DNA of 64,000 nt from Candidatus Saccharimonadota bacterium. Lineage in GTDB: Bacteria > Patescibacteriota > Saccharimonadia > Saccharimonadales > Saccharimonadaceae. The notes under the pieces are model-generated. The model worked only from the letters and a program-made list of their open reading frames with translations, searched no databases and had not been told where the DNA came from. The stretch covers positions 3,495 through 67,494 of the forward strand of contig JAFRCO010000005.1 of NCBI GenBank assembly GCA_017404325.1, in the 5' to 3' direction. Shown here piece by piece: positions 27,201 through 35,982 of the stretch (positions are counted from its first letter, which is position 1; each line of letters begins with the position of its first letter). The position numbers and the translations under genes were made by a program.

Positions 27201-28749
27201 TGACACTAAATTCGTAGACCACTGCGTCCGATAAATCTTTCGAGGTATCATTCGCAATACCGTTACCGCTTAGGATAATGGTAGCGTTCGATAAACTATC
27301 AGGAATATAGCTCATTGTATTAGTATCATTACTATTAAAACTGCTGCTGCCAGAACGAACTGGCGTGAAGGTTACAGAAATACTTTTATTTGGCGCTGGA
27401 GTATAAGTAATGTCTAGGGTAAATGTTTGTTCCTGATTGTTTTGAACTCGCCAGCCACTACTATTAATATGAGTACCAAAGCTCGTTCCGGTAATGGAAG
27501 CAGAGTTTGAAGCGTCAAGGTAGAAGTACTGATTACTATAACAATAGAAAGTAAATCCAGAATAGTTTGAACTACCACTATTTTGTTGGAAAGCCGAGAC
27601 TAGTCTTTTGCCGGCATTATTCCTTGGGTTCATTTTGATTACTAGATGAATCGTAAAGCCAGTATCGTCAAACGCGATAATACCCGTATTGAGGGAGTGG
27701 CCGGTACTAAAGGTAATACCATTTGTACTTATATTAGTATATTCAAAAGAAACAATCTTTCCGTTATCGTCAGCGGTGACTATAGGATTACCTTCGATAT
27801 TTGGATTATCGAAGTACACTGTGTAGCCCGCCGGCACAGCAGAAGGACTGTAAACTGTGGTCGTGGTGTCATGAATTATTCTACTTGCCGAACTCCAAAT
27901 CGCATAAAGGGTAATCGCATTAGCCTGAGTCGGTTCTAATGTAATAGTATTAGTATTGCCAGTAGCATAGGTTGGCGTAGTCGCTGAACTGCTAGTATCC
28001 CAACCGAGGAAATTATAACCAGAGCGAACTGGGACGTCGCTAGATAGCGTAATAGTACCAGTGCTAGAAGATGAAACCGAAACATTACTCGGCATGTTAG
28101 TTACAGTATCCGTACCAGCGTTCGCATTATAAGTAACAGAATATTGCGGATTATTAGCTACGACTGTAACGACAAAGTTTTTCGTATAAGTACCCGGATC
28201 AGTATTAACGCTCGGCAAAGCGCCAAAATATAAACTATGCGAACTAGAGCCAGCTGAAGTTCTATTGCCTAGTGCAAGGCTAGAAGAGGAAGTCGGCGCG
28301 GGGACATAATTGGTTCCATTAGTACTAAATCCTTAACCATTCGTAAACTGATTTTGAGTAATAGAACTAGAACCCTGCGGCAAGGTAATAGTAGGAATAG
28401 TTTTAGTATTATCGGCAGTATTGACTAAATCAGTTGAATTAGTTGGGTTAGTTAAAGTTGCAGTATAACCCGTATAATTATCGGTTGTGACACTAATGGT
28501 TTGAGAGGTGGAGCCAAACATGCCCGGGTCCAAACTAAGAGATAACGGTGCACTGATACTGATCGAGATAGATGCATTTGTGACACCAAAAACTGGCGAT
28601 TCAAAAATCATTTGTCCGCCTATTAGAGCCACGAGGGCCAAGACCAAATCAAAGATGATTTGACGTCTTTTCCTCAATATAACTCCCTTAAATACTCCAC
28701 GCGTACGCCAAAACAGGCGCAATGCGCTTATTATTATTGTAACATTCAA
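27184..28749 (-). pseudogene. Surface protein gene interrupted by an in-frame TAA (28333-28335): N-terminal beta-sandwich domain, Flg_new repeat, C-terminal jelly-roll-like domain
   Basis: The ORFs at 28333-28749 and 27184-28218 are in the same frame, and the 114 nt between them contain no other stop. The stop aligns with the Trp of DNWGFG in the paralogous N-terminal domain of the 19869 gene. The likely true start is TTG at 28677, preceded by AGGGAG. Confidence 0.6.
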
Positions 28750-28795
28750 AAATAAAATAATGTTTAAAAAAGCATTTTCTTTTTCATTTATTTTA

Positions 28796-28804
28796 TGTTA
28801 TAAT
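28796..28804 (+). promoter_or_regulatory. Extended -10 (TGTTATAAT) 7 nt upstream of the mnmA ATG (leaderless)
   Basis: Sequence match; no SD. Confidence 0.6.
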
Positions 28805-28811
28805 ATAATTG

Positions 28812-29960
28812 ATGAAAACCGTATATGTTGGGATGAGCGGAGGAGTGGATTCCTCAGTTTCGGCTCTGCTTTTAAGAGAGCAGGGTTATCATGTTGTCGG
28901 CGTTTATATGAAAAACTGGTCTAAGGATCTTCCGGGGATGAAATGCCCTTGGGCAGAAGATTTAGCTGATGCAAAAAGAGTCGCTGTAAAACTTGGTATT
29001 GATTTTCAGGTTTGGGATTTTGAAGAGGCGTATCGCGAAAAAGTCGTTGAATATATGCTGAATGAATTTAAGAATGGCAATACGCCAAACCCGGATATTA
29101 TGTGTAACCAGGAGATAAAATTTAAACTTTTCTATGAAAAAGCGATGGAGATGGGTGCTGATTATATTGCTACTGGGCATTATGCAAGAATAATTGATGG
29201 TAAATTAGCAAGAGCCGTGGATGAAAATAAGGATCAAACCTATTTCCTTTATCGGATTAGCGATGGCGCTTTGAAACACACACTTTTTCCAATTGGAGAG
29301 ATGAAAAAACCAGATGTAAAGAAGCTCGCAAAAGAAAAAGGGCTACATAATGCTTATAAAAAAGAATCGATGGGCGTGTGTTTTGTTGGCGAAGTCGGAA
29401 TGAAAGATTTTCTGAAAGAGTATATCGATATAAAACCGGGCGAAATTAGAGAAGTCGAAAGTGAAAAAGTTTTAGGATATCACGAGGGAGCGGTTTTTTA
29501 TACTATCGGGCAAAGGCACGGGCTTTATCTAAGCGGTGAAAAAGGTGCCGTAAATGATGGAATGCCATATTATGTTGTCAAAAAAGATCTGAAAAACAAT
29601 GTCGTATATGTTTCGAAAAACTTAAACGACGAGAATCTCTGGACGGACGAACTAAAACTAAAAGACATTTTATTACGGCAACTTGAACATGGCTTCCTGG
29701 GGGACGGGTCGCTCGCTCCCGTCGTTACGGGGCTCGCGCCTTCAAGCTCGGTCGTGACCTCCGCATGCCCCCAGAAAGCCAGTTCACAGTTGCCAGCAAA
29801 AAGACTATTAGTTCGCTTAAGGCATCGGGCGCCTTTAATTCCAGCTAGGTTTGACGGGGAAACGCTACATTTCGAGAACAAAATAAAGCGCCCTGCATCT
29901 GGGCAGAGCGCGGTATTTTACGACGACGAGATTTGTCTCGGCGGCGGAATAATAGCTTAG
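28812..29960 (+). CDS. mnmA: tRNA 2-thiouridine(34) synthase MnmA, carrying a GC-rich in-frame insertion
   Basis: PP-loop VGMSGGVDSSV, conserved C-terminus GQSAVFYDDEICLGGGII. ATG at 28812 lies 7 nt after TGTTATAAT. Confidence 0.9.
   Translation: MKTVYVGMSGGVDSSVSALLLREQGYHVVGVYMKNWSKDLPGMKCPWAEDLADAKRVAVKLGIDFQVWDFEEAYREKVVEYMLNEFKNGNTPNPDIMCNQEIKFKLFYEKAMEMGADYIATGHYARIIDGKLARAVDENKDQTYFLYRISDGALKHTLFPIGEMKKPDVKKLAKEKGLHNAYKKESMGVCFVGEVGMKDFLKEYIDIKPGEIREVESEKVLGYHEGAVFYTIGQRHGLYLSGEKGAVNDGMPYYVVKKDLKNNVVYVSKNLNDENLWTDELKLKDILLRQLEHGFLGDGSLAPVVTGLAPSSSVVTSACPQKASSQLPAKRLLVRLRHRAPLIPARFDGETLHFENKIKRPASGQSAVFYDDEICLGGGIIA
29691..29780. repeat. 90-nt GC-rich element bounded by 13-bp imperfect inverted repeats, inserted in frame in mnmA
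   Basis: GGCTTCCTGGGGG (29691-29703) versus CCCCCAGAAAGCC (29768-29780), 12/13 complementary. Inner hairpin GACGGG-N9-CCCGTC. Hand count of 29697-29774 gives 56/78 G+C. Confidence 0.6.
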
Positions 29961-30166
29961 ATTGTCATCATGACAGCATTTGCACAAAGTAATAGTGCAG
30001 CAATCATTCCCATGACTGTAACAATGTAAATATGGTTGCGGTCTTGGTTGTTGCATTGGGTGCGGCGAGCTTGTTTTGACCTAGCTTGCCTTTGGCCTTG
30101 TGCTTTAGCACCACGAGTTTGTTTTTTCGCGGTCCTAGTAGCTTGTTTCTTTTTTGCTTGAGCCAT
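29957..30166 (-). CDS. Small, very basic, tail-anchored membrane protein (69 aa), hypothetical
   Basis: SD GGAAG 6 nt upstream. K/R/Q-rich N-terminal 40 aa, then one hydrophobic helix. Confidence 0.4.
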   Translation of the reverse strand: MAQAKKKQATRTAKKQTRGAKAQGQRQARSKQARRTQCNNQDRNHIYIVTVMGMIAALLLCANAVMMTI

Positions 30167-30248
30167 ATTAACTTCCTTTTTTGTTTAAAAAATAATTCTT
30201 ATGTTTATTTTATCACGTAAATTAAGAAAAATCAAGTCTAAAAAAATA

Positions 30249-30257
30249 TGGTATAAT
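30249..30257 (+). promoter_or_regulatory. Extended -10 (TGGTATAAT) 7 nt upstream of the serS ATG (leaderless)
   Basis: Sequence match; no SD. Confidence 0.6.
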
Positions 30258-30264
30258 ACGAAGT

Positions 30265-31509
30265 ATGTTAGACATAAAATTTATAAGAGAAAATCTTGAG
30301 CTTGTAGAAAAATCGGCTAAAGAAAAAGGTTATAAGATAAACATTAAGGAGGTCTTAAAGTTAGATGATAAGAGGCGAGAAGAACTTTCAGAAGTCGAAG
30401 AGCTAAGACGACAGAAAAACGAAATTGCAGCAAAGATGAAAGGTGGTAAGCCGGAAGCAAGTTTAATTGAGCAAGGTAAAAAAGTAAAAACTGAACTCGT
30501 GGATCTTGAGGCGAACTTAGAAAAAATCGAAAGTGAGCTAAAGGCGAAGCTTGCAACAATCCCGAATATTATTTTCGAAGATGTGCCGCTTGGTGGAGAG
30601 GAATGCAGTGTCGAAGTAAAAAAATGGGGCGAACATCATAAAACCGGTGTTGATCATTTGGATTATGCGACTTCGAGAGACTGGGTAGATTTTGAACGCG
30701 GAGCGAAGGTAGCCGGAGCGAAGTTTTATTATCTAAAGGGTGACTTAGCTTTACTCGAAAACGCGCTATTACAATATGGTCTTTCGAAGGTGATTGAACA
30801 TGGCTTTACTTTCATGACAGTACCGGACATGGTTTCTTCGAGAGTACTTGAGGGGTGTGGTTTCAATCCGCGCACCTCTGAACAGAGCGATGAATATTAT
30901 ATTGAAGGTGAAGATTTAGGTTTAATTGCGACTGCAGAAATGTCTCTAACTGGCTATCATATGGACGAAATTCTAGATGAAGAAAAATTGCCGTTATTCT
31001 ATGCTGGTTATTCGCCATGTTTTAGAAAAGAAGCTGGGGCGGCCGGAAAATACACACGCGGTCTCTTCAGGGTTCACCAGTTTAATAAATTAGAGATGTA
31101 TGCATTTTGTTTACCAGAACAAAGTAAGGAAATACACGAAAAAATCTTAGCGATTGAAGAAGATATTTGGCAAGGGCTTGAGATACCGTATCACATTATT
31201 AATATTGCAGCGGGCGATTTAGGCGCGCCAGCAGCGAAAAAATATGATATGGAATACTGGTCACCAGTCAACCAAAAATACCAAGAAATTACTTCTTGTA
31301 GTAACTGTACTGATTTTCAAGCGAGAGCTGTAAATTGTCGCGTACGAAGAAAAGACGGAACGATTGAATTTGTGCATACCCTAAATGGGACGGCAATCCC
31401 ACTAGCCAGAGCACTTGTAGTATTGTTAGAAAACTATGCAAAAGAAGGCGGAAAACTAAAAATTCCGAAAGTTTTGCAACCATATATGAATAATAGAGAG
31501 GAGATTTAA
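30265..31509 (+). CDS. serS: Seryl-tRNA synthetase
   Basis: MLDIKFIREN start, N-terminal coiled coil, class II motifs (FRKEAG, GTA.P..R). Confidence 0.92.
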   Translation: MLDIKFIRENLELVEKSAKEKGYKINIKEVLKLDDKRREELSEVEELRRQKNEIAAKMKGGKPEASLIEQGKKVKTELVDLEANLEKIESELKAKLATIPNIIFEDVPLGGEECSVEVKKWGEHHKTGVDHLDYATSRDWVDFERGAKVAGAKFYYLKGDLALLENALLQYGLSKVIEHGFTFMTVPDMVSSRVLEGCGFNPRTSEQSDEYYIEGEDLGLIATAEMSLTGYHMDEILDEEKLPLFYAGYSPCFRKEAGAAGKYTRGLFRVHQFNKLEMYAFCLPEQSKEIHEKILAIEEDIWQGLEIPYHIINIAAGDLGAPAAKKYDMEYWSPVNQKYQEITSCSNCTDFQARAVNCRVRRKDGTIEFVHTLNGTAIPLARALVVLLENYAKEGGKLKIPKVLQPYMNNREEI

Positions 31510-31511
31510 AA

Positions 31512-31874
31512 ATGATTGATAAAATAGATATTAGCGGGAATGGTTATAAGATTGAAGAATCATTTAAGAAGTACGTTGAGAAAAGAATTGGTAAACTAGA
31601 TAAATATTTACCGAAGGGTTCGAAAAAAGACGTCATAGTAAAGACAATTGTAACGGAAATCGGTAAAAGTAAAGGCGAAAAGTATGAAATTTCGGTCGCG
31701 ATGGATATCCCGGGCGGCAAAGTAATTGCAGCAAAAGATGAGTGTTCAAACGTCTTCGCGGGAGTGGATTTAGTTGAAGCGAAATTAACTAGTCAAATCC
31801 GACGCTACAAGCTCGATATGCAACAACATCGTCAGAAGAAAAATTGGCGAAAACTCTTTATACGAAAGAAATAA
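31512..31874 (+). CDS. hpf: Ribosome hibernation promoting factor (short HPF/RaiA, S30AE family)
   Basis: Family-typical N-terminus I.ISG.G..I..S.K.YVE.RIGKLDKY and D.VEAKL..QIRRYK. Confidence 0.8.
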   Translation: MIDKIDISGNGYKIEESFKKYVEKRIGKLDKYLPKGSKKDVIVKTIVTEIGKSKGEKYEISVAMDIPGGKVIAAKDECSNVFAGVDLVEAKLTSQIRRYKLDMQQHRQKKNWRKLFIRKK

Positions 31875-31914
31875 TATGATAAAATAAGGGGGATATAATT
31901 CTGTTTGGAGGCTT

Positions 31915-34698
31915 ATGGCGAAAAAAACTGACAAGGCTGTTATGTCTAGTAAAAAAGTAAAAGTTAAAAAGGAAAAGAAGCCGACTGATAAGTTGGCTGA
32001 TAAGACTGCTTTAACGAAGTTTTTACAGGGTATTTTTGGTGATGCACAAAAGAAAATCTTGAAAAGACTTTGGAAACGAGCACAAGAGATCAACAAGCTA
32101 GAGCCAAAATATGAAAAGATGAGCGATGAAGAGCTCAAAGGGCAAACAGAAATATTTAAAGCCAAGATTCAGAAAGCCTTAAAAACTGCCAAAGCCGAAG
32201 AGGGTGTTGAGAAGAAGAAAAAAAAGAAGAAACATCAGCCTAAAGATGACACAAAAATCTTAAACGAATTATTACCAGAAGTCTTCGCGGTAGCAAGGGA
32301 AGCTTCGAAACGAATTTTAGGCCTTAGGCCATACGATGTACAGTTGATTGGTGGTATGGTACTCCACGAAGGTGCGGTAGCGGAAATGAAGACTGGCGAA
32401 GGTAAAACTCTCGTCGCAATGTTACCGGCATATTTAAATGGTTTGACTGGACGTGGTGTGCATATTGTAACGGTCAACGATTACCTCGCACAACGTGATG
32501 CGGGCTGGAACGGACCGATTTATGATTTTCTTGGACTTTCGGTCGGTGTAATTATTAACGATGCTTCTTTCCTTTATGATGCGGAATATGAAAACGATGA
32601 ACACGACGACGAAAGATTTCGACACCTTCGACCGGCGACGAGAAAAGAAGCGTACAATGCGGATATTACTTACGGGACGAACAACGAATTTGGGTTCGAT
32701 TATTTGCGCGATAATATGACTAGCGAAGTACAATATCTGCGTCAAAGAGAACTTAATTTTGCAATCGTAGATGAGGTTGACTCGATTTTAATCGATGAAG
32801 CAAGAACCCCGCTTATTATTTCAGCGCCAGCAGCAGATAACCCGGAATCTTATTATCAGTTTGCTAAGGTTGCGTCGCGACTCACGCCGGAAGATTATAT
32901 TTTCGACGAAAAACGCCGTTCAGTAACTTTAACGGATAAAGGAATCGAAAAAATCCAAAACATTTTGGGTGTTGATAATTTATATTCTACGAAAAATACG
33001 CGTTTAGTTTATCACTTAGAGCAGGCGATTCGTGCGGAAGTTGTCTTCAAGCGAGATAAAGATTATGTCGTAACCAATTCTGGTGAAGTAATTATTGTAG
33101 ACGAACATACTGGACGTTTGATGCAGGGACGACGCTATAATGAAGGATTGCACCAGGCGATTGAGGCGAAAGAAGGGGTTGTTGTAAAACAAGAGTCGAT
33201 GACCTTAGCTACGATTTCATTCCAGAACTTCTTCCGTCTTTACAAGAAATTATCCGGTATGACCGGTACGGCGTTTACTGAAGCGGAAGAATTCCAACAG
33301 ATTTACGCATTAGACGTAATCCAAATTCCGCCAAATAAACCGATTATTCGTGTAGATAAAGACGACTTGATTTATAAGACTAAAGCCGGGAAACTTAAAG
33401 CGATTGCGGAAGAAATTAAGAAATATCACGATCGTGGGCAACCGGTACTGGTTGGGTCGGGTTCGATTGCAAATAACGAGGAAATCGCAAGATATCTTGA
33501 TAGTTATAACTTGCCTTATGAGCTTTTAAACGCGAAAAATAACGAACGTGAGGCAGCAATCATTGCGAAAGCTGGTGAAAAAGGCGCAATCACGCTCGCT
33601 ACAAACATGGCAGGACGTGGAACCGATATTAAGCTTGGTGAAGGAGTTAAAGAACTTGGTGGTTTAGTAGTAATTGGTTCAGAAAGACATGATTCTAGAC
33701 GCGTTGACAATCAGCTAAGAGGTCGTGGTGGTCGTCAGGGTGACCCGGGTACTACCCAATTCTTCGTTTCATGCGAAGATGATTTAATGCGCATTTACCA
33801 AGGTGACCGAATTAAGATGTTGATGACCAGATTCGGAATAGATGAAGGCACACCAATCCAAACCAAGGCAATTTCTAAAACACTTGAAGCAGCACAAAAA
33901 CGCATCGAGGGATTTAACTTCGATTCACGTAAAAATGTTGTCCAATACGATAACGTCATTAACCGCCATCGTAAAGTTGTTTACATGATGCGCCGAAAGA
34001 TTCTTGAAGGTGAGGAAATTTACCCAGAAATCCAGAGATTAATGCGCGAAGAAGTTAAAACGTTAACTGAATTTTCGTCACGCGTTAATAAAAACTTCAA
34101 CGAAGAGTTTAAAGCGGTATTTGATTTTGATGATGATTTGATTCGAGGTATCGGTTTGAAGAGAAAAGAAAAAGATCGTTACAAATTGGCGCTCGAAGCC
34201 GTCGAAGAAGCTTACAAAGCTAAGGAAAGTGAGTTTGGTTCTGAGACGATGCGAAAAGTAGAACGTGAAGTTTATTTGAAGGTACTTGACACTTTATGGA
34301 TGCAGCATCTTGAAAATATGCAACATCTTCGCGAGGGAATTCACTGGCGTTCAGTCGGCCAACGAGATCCATTGGTAGAATATCGAAGCGAATCACAGAA
34401 ATTGTTCGATGGATTACAAAGAAACTTACGTGAAGAAGTTCTAAAGATCTTACTCTCAATCACGCCGGTAGAAGCGGCCATGGACAATGCCACAGATGGT
34501 GAAGAATATGAATCTGAACTCACTAAGATGGCGGAAAGCCAAACCGAGCGAGGCGTAAATGAAATTTCAGCCGGAGAGAAAAATCTAGACGACGAGTTTA
34601 GAAAATCTACGCCGAAACGTTCTGCAACGAAAAAAGCTACATCTAAAAAGGCAACTTCGAAAAAGCACAAGAGGTCACGCAAAAAAGGCCGGAAATAG
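31915..34698 (+). CDS. secA: Preprotein translocase ATPase SecA (Lys-rich N-terminal extension and C-terminal tail)
   Basis: LRPYDVQLIGGMVLHEG.VAEMKTGEGKTLVA, DEVDSILIDEARTPLIIS, TNMAGRGTDI motifs. Confidence 0.95.
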   Translation: MAKKTDKAVMSSKKVKVKKEKKPTDKLADKTALTKFLQGIFGDAQKKILKRLWKRAQEINKLEPKYEKMSDEELKGQTEIFKAKIQKALKTAKAEEGVEKKKKKKKHQPKDDTKILNELLPEVFAVAREASKRILGLRPYDVQLIGGMVLHEGAVAEMKTGEGKTLVAMLPAYLNGLTGRGVHIVTVNDYLAQRDAGWNGPIYDFLGLSVGVIINDASFLYDAEYENDEHDDERFRHLRPATRKEAYNADITYGTNNEFGFDYLRDNMTSEVQYLRQRELNFAIVDEVDSILIDEARTPLIISAPAADNPESYYQFAKVASRLTPEDYIFDEKRRSVTLTDKGIEKIQNILGVDNLYSTKNTRLVYHLEQAIRAEVVFKRDKDYVVTNSGEVIIVDEHTGRLMQGRRYNEGLHQAIEAKEGVVVKQESMTLATISFQNFFRLYKKLSGMTGTAFTEAEEFQQIYALDVIQIPPNKPIIRVDKDDLIYKTKAGKLKAIAEEIKKYHDRGQPVLVGSGSIANNEEIARYLDSYNLPYELLNAKNNEREAAIIAKAGEKGAITLATNMAGRGTDIKLGEGVKELGGLVVIGSERHDSRRVDNQLRGRGGRQGDPGTTQFFVSCEDDLMRIYQGDRIKMLMTRFGIDEGTPIQTKAISKTLEAAQKRIEGFNFDSRKNVVQYDNVINRHRKVVYMMRRKILEGEEIYPEIQRLMREEVKTLTEFSSRVNKNFNEEFKAVFDFDDDLIRGIGLKRKEKDRYKLALEAVEEAYKAKESEFGSETMRKVEREVYLKVLDTLWMQHLENMQHLREGIHWRSVGQRDPLVEYRSESQKLFDGLQRNLREEVLKILLSITPVEAAMDNATDGEEYESELTKMAESQTERGVNEISAGEKNLDDEFRKSTPKRSATKKATSKKATSKKHKRSRKKGRK

Positions 34699-34710
34699 TT
34701 TTAATAGAAT

Positions 34711-35982
34711 ATGAGACATTCAGTTGAGGAGGTTCAGTTAAAAAATGGGGCGCGGGGAATTTTGATTGATATCCCGGGCGCAAGCGTGATGGCGACGCGC
34801 ATTCAATTTAGAGCTGGAATGATGTATGCGCGAAAGAAAGATGTTTATGAAATTCCGCATCTAGTAGAGCATCTAGCTTTTGGAGCAAACGCAAAATTTA
34901 AAGATGAACAGGCCTTTGAAGCAGAGTTCACGAAAAATGGAGCCTATCATAACGCTTGGACGAGCGATATTTCGGTTTGTTATGAAACGGAATGTGCAGA
35001 TTTTGAGTGGGAAAGAATTATGGACTTACAACGTGTTTCGATTTGTGAACCACGTTTTAATGAAGACGAGCTAAAAAGCGAGAAGGCCAACGTAAGAAGT
35101 GAATTAACTGGATATATGAATGATTATTATCGCCTTTTGTGGCCACGAGTCCAACAAGCGGTCGGGGAAGACATTTTAGATTTACCAGAGAGATTAAAAA
35201 CGATTTCGAATATTGAGTTAAAAGATATCCGCGAGCATTATCGTCGGACCCACACTGCGAAAAATATGCTATTTATTATCGCAGGAAAAATTAAAGGGCG
35301 AAAGCATAAAATCGCGCGGATGTTAGAAGAATGGGAATTAAAAGAAGGAGAGAAATTTGAAATTCCATTCTCGGATTTGCATGCTGGCGAAGCAGTTTCG
35401 ATACGTCGGAAGGACGCTTCGAATATTACCTTCGGATTTTCGCTTGTAACTCCTCGACATTTAGAGCCGAATGAAGTTTTCGCAATGAATTGTCTTAATC
35501 ATATTTTAAACGGAACAACGAATTCAAAAATTTTCGGGACAGCAAGAAAACGAGGGTTAGTTTACGGAATGGGCTCGTCGGTAGCAAGCAACGCGACGAA
35601 TTCTTATTGGGATTTTGATGGCGAAGTAAATGTAGAGAATGCTGATTCCTTGTTTGAATTGATTCAAGTCGAATTAATCAAAGCTCTAAACGGCGAAATT
35701 TCAGATAAGGATTTTGAGGCGGCGAAATCGTATGCCTTAGGTCGTTTCCAAATGGGTGCGCAAACAGTTGGCCAAATTGCAGATTATTATGCGGATGGAT
35801 ACTTTACGAACGGAACAATAGAGCGCTATGATAATATGCCGAATTTAATTCGAGAAATAGATAAAGCGAAGATGATTGAACTCGCGCGTGAATTTGCGGG
35901 CTCAGGAATTAAAGGGTTTGCAGCTGTTTCCTCGACTGAAAAGGCATTTATTTCTAACTTAGAGATGCGATTAAATTTTTAA
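34711..35982 (+). CDS. M16 (pitrilysin/insulinase) family zinc peptidase
   Basis: Inverted zinc motif HLVEH (HxxEH) near the N-terminus; two-domain length (423 aa). Confidence 0.7.
   Translation: MRHSVEEVQLKNGARGILIDIPGASVMATRIQFRAGMMYARKKDVYEIPHLVEHLAFGANAKFKDEQAFEAEFTKNGAYHNAWTSDISVCYETECADFEWERIMDLQRVSICEPRFNEDELKSEKANVRSELTGYMNDYYRLLWPRVQQAVGEDILDLPERLKTISNIELKDIREHYRRTHTAKNMLFIIAGKIKGRKHKIARMLEEWELKEGEKFEIPFSDLHAGEAVSIRRKDASNITFGFSLVTPRHLEPNEVFAMNCLNHILNGTTNSKIFGTARKRGLVYGMGSSVASNATNSYWDFDGEVNVENADSLFELIQVELIKALNGEISDKDFEAAKSYALGRFQMGAQTVGQIADYYADGYFTNGTIERYDNMPNLIREIDKAKMIELAREFAGSGIKGFAAVSSTEKAFISNLEMRLNF

Noticed and set aside
29570-29881. 103-aa minus-strand ORF antisense to mnmA
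   Set aside because: It lies entirely within the well-supported mnmA gene. It exists because the GC-rich insertion removes stop codons. It has no SD or promoter.
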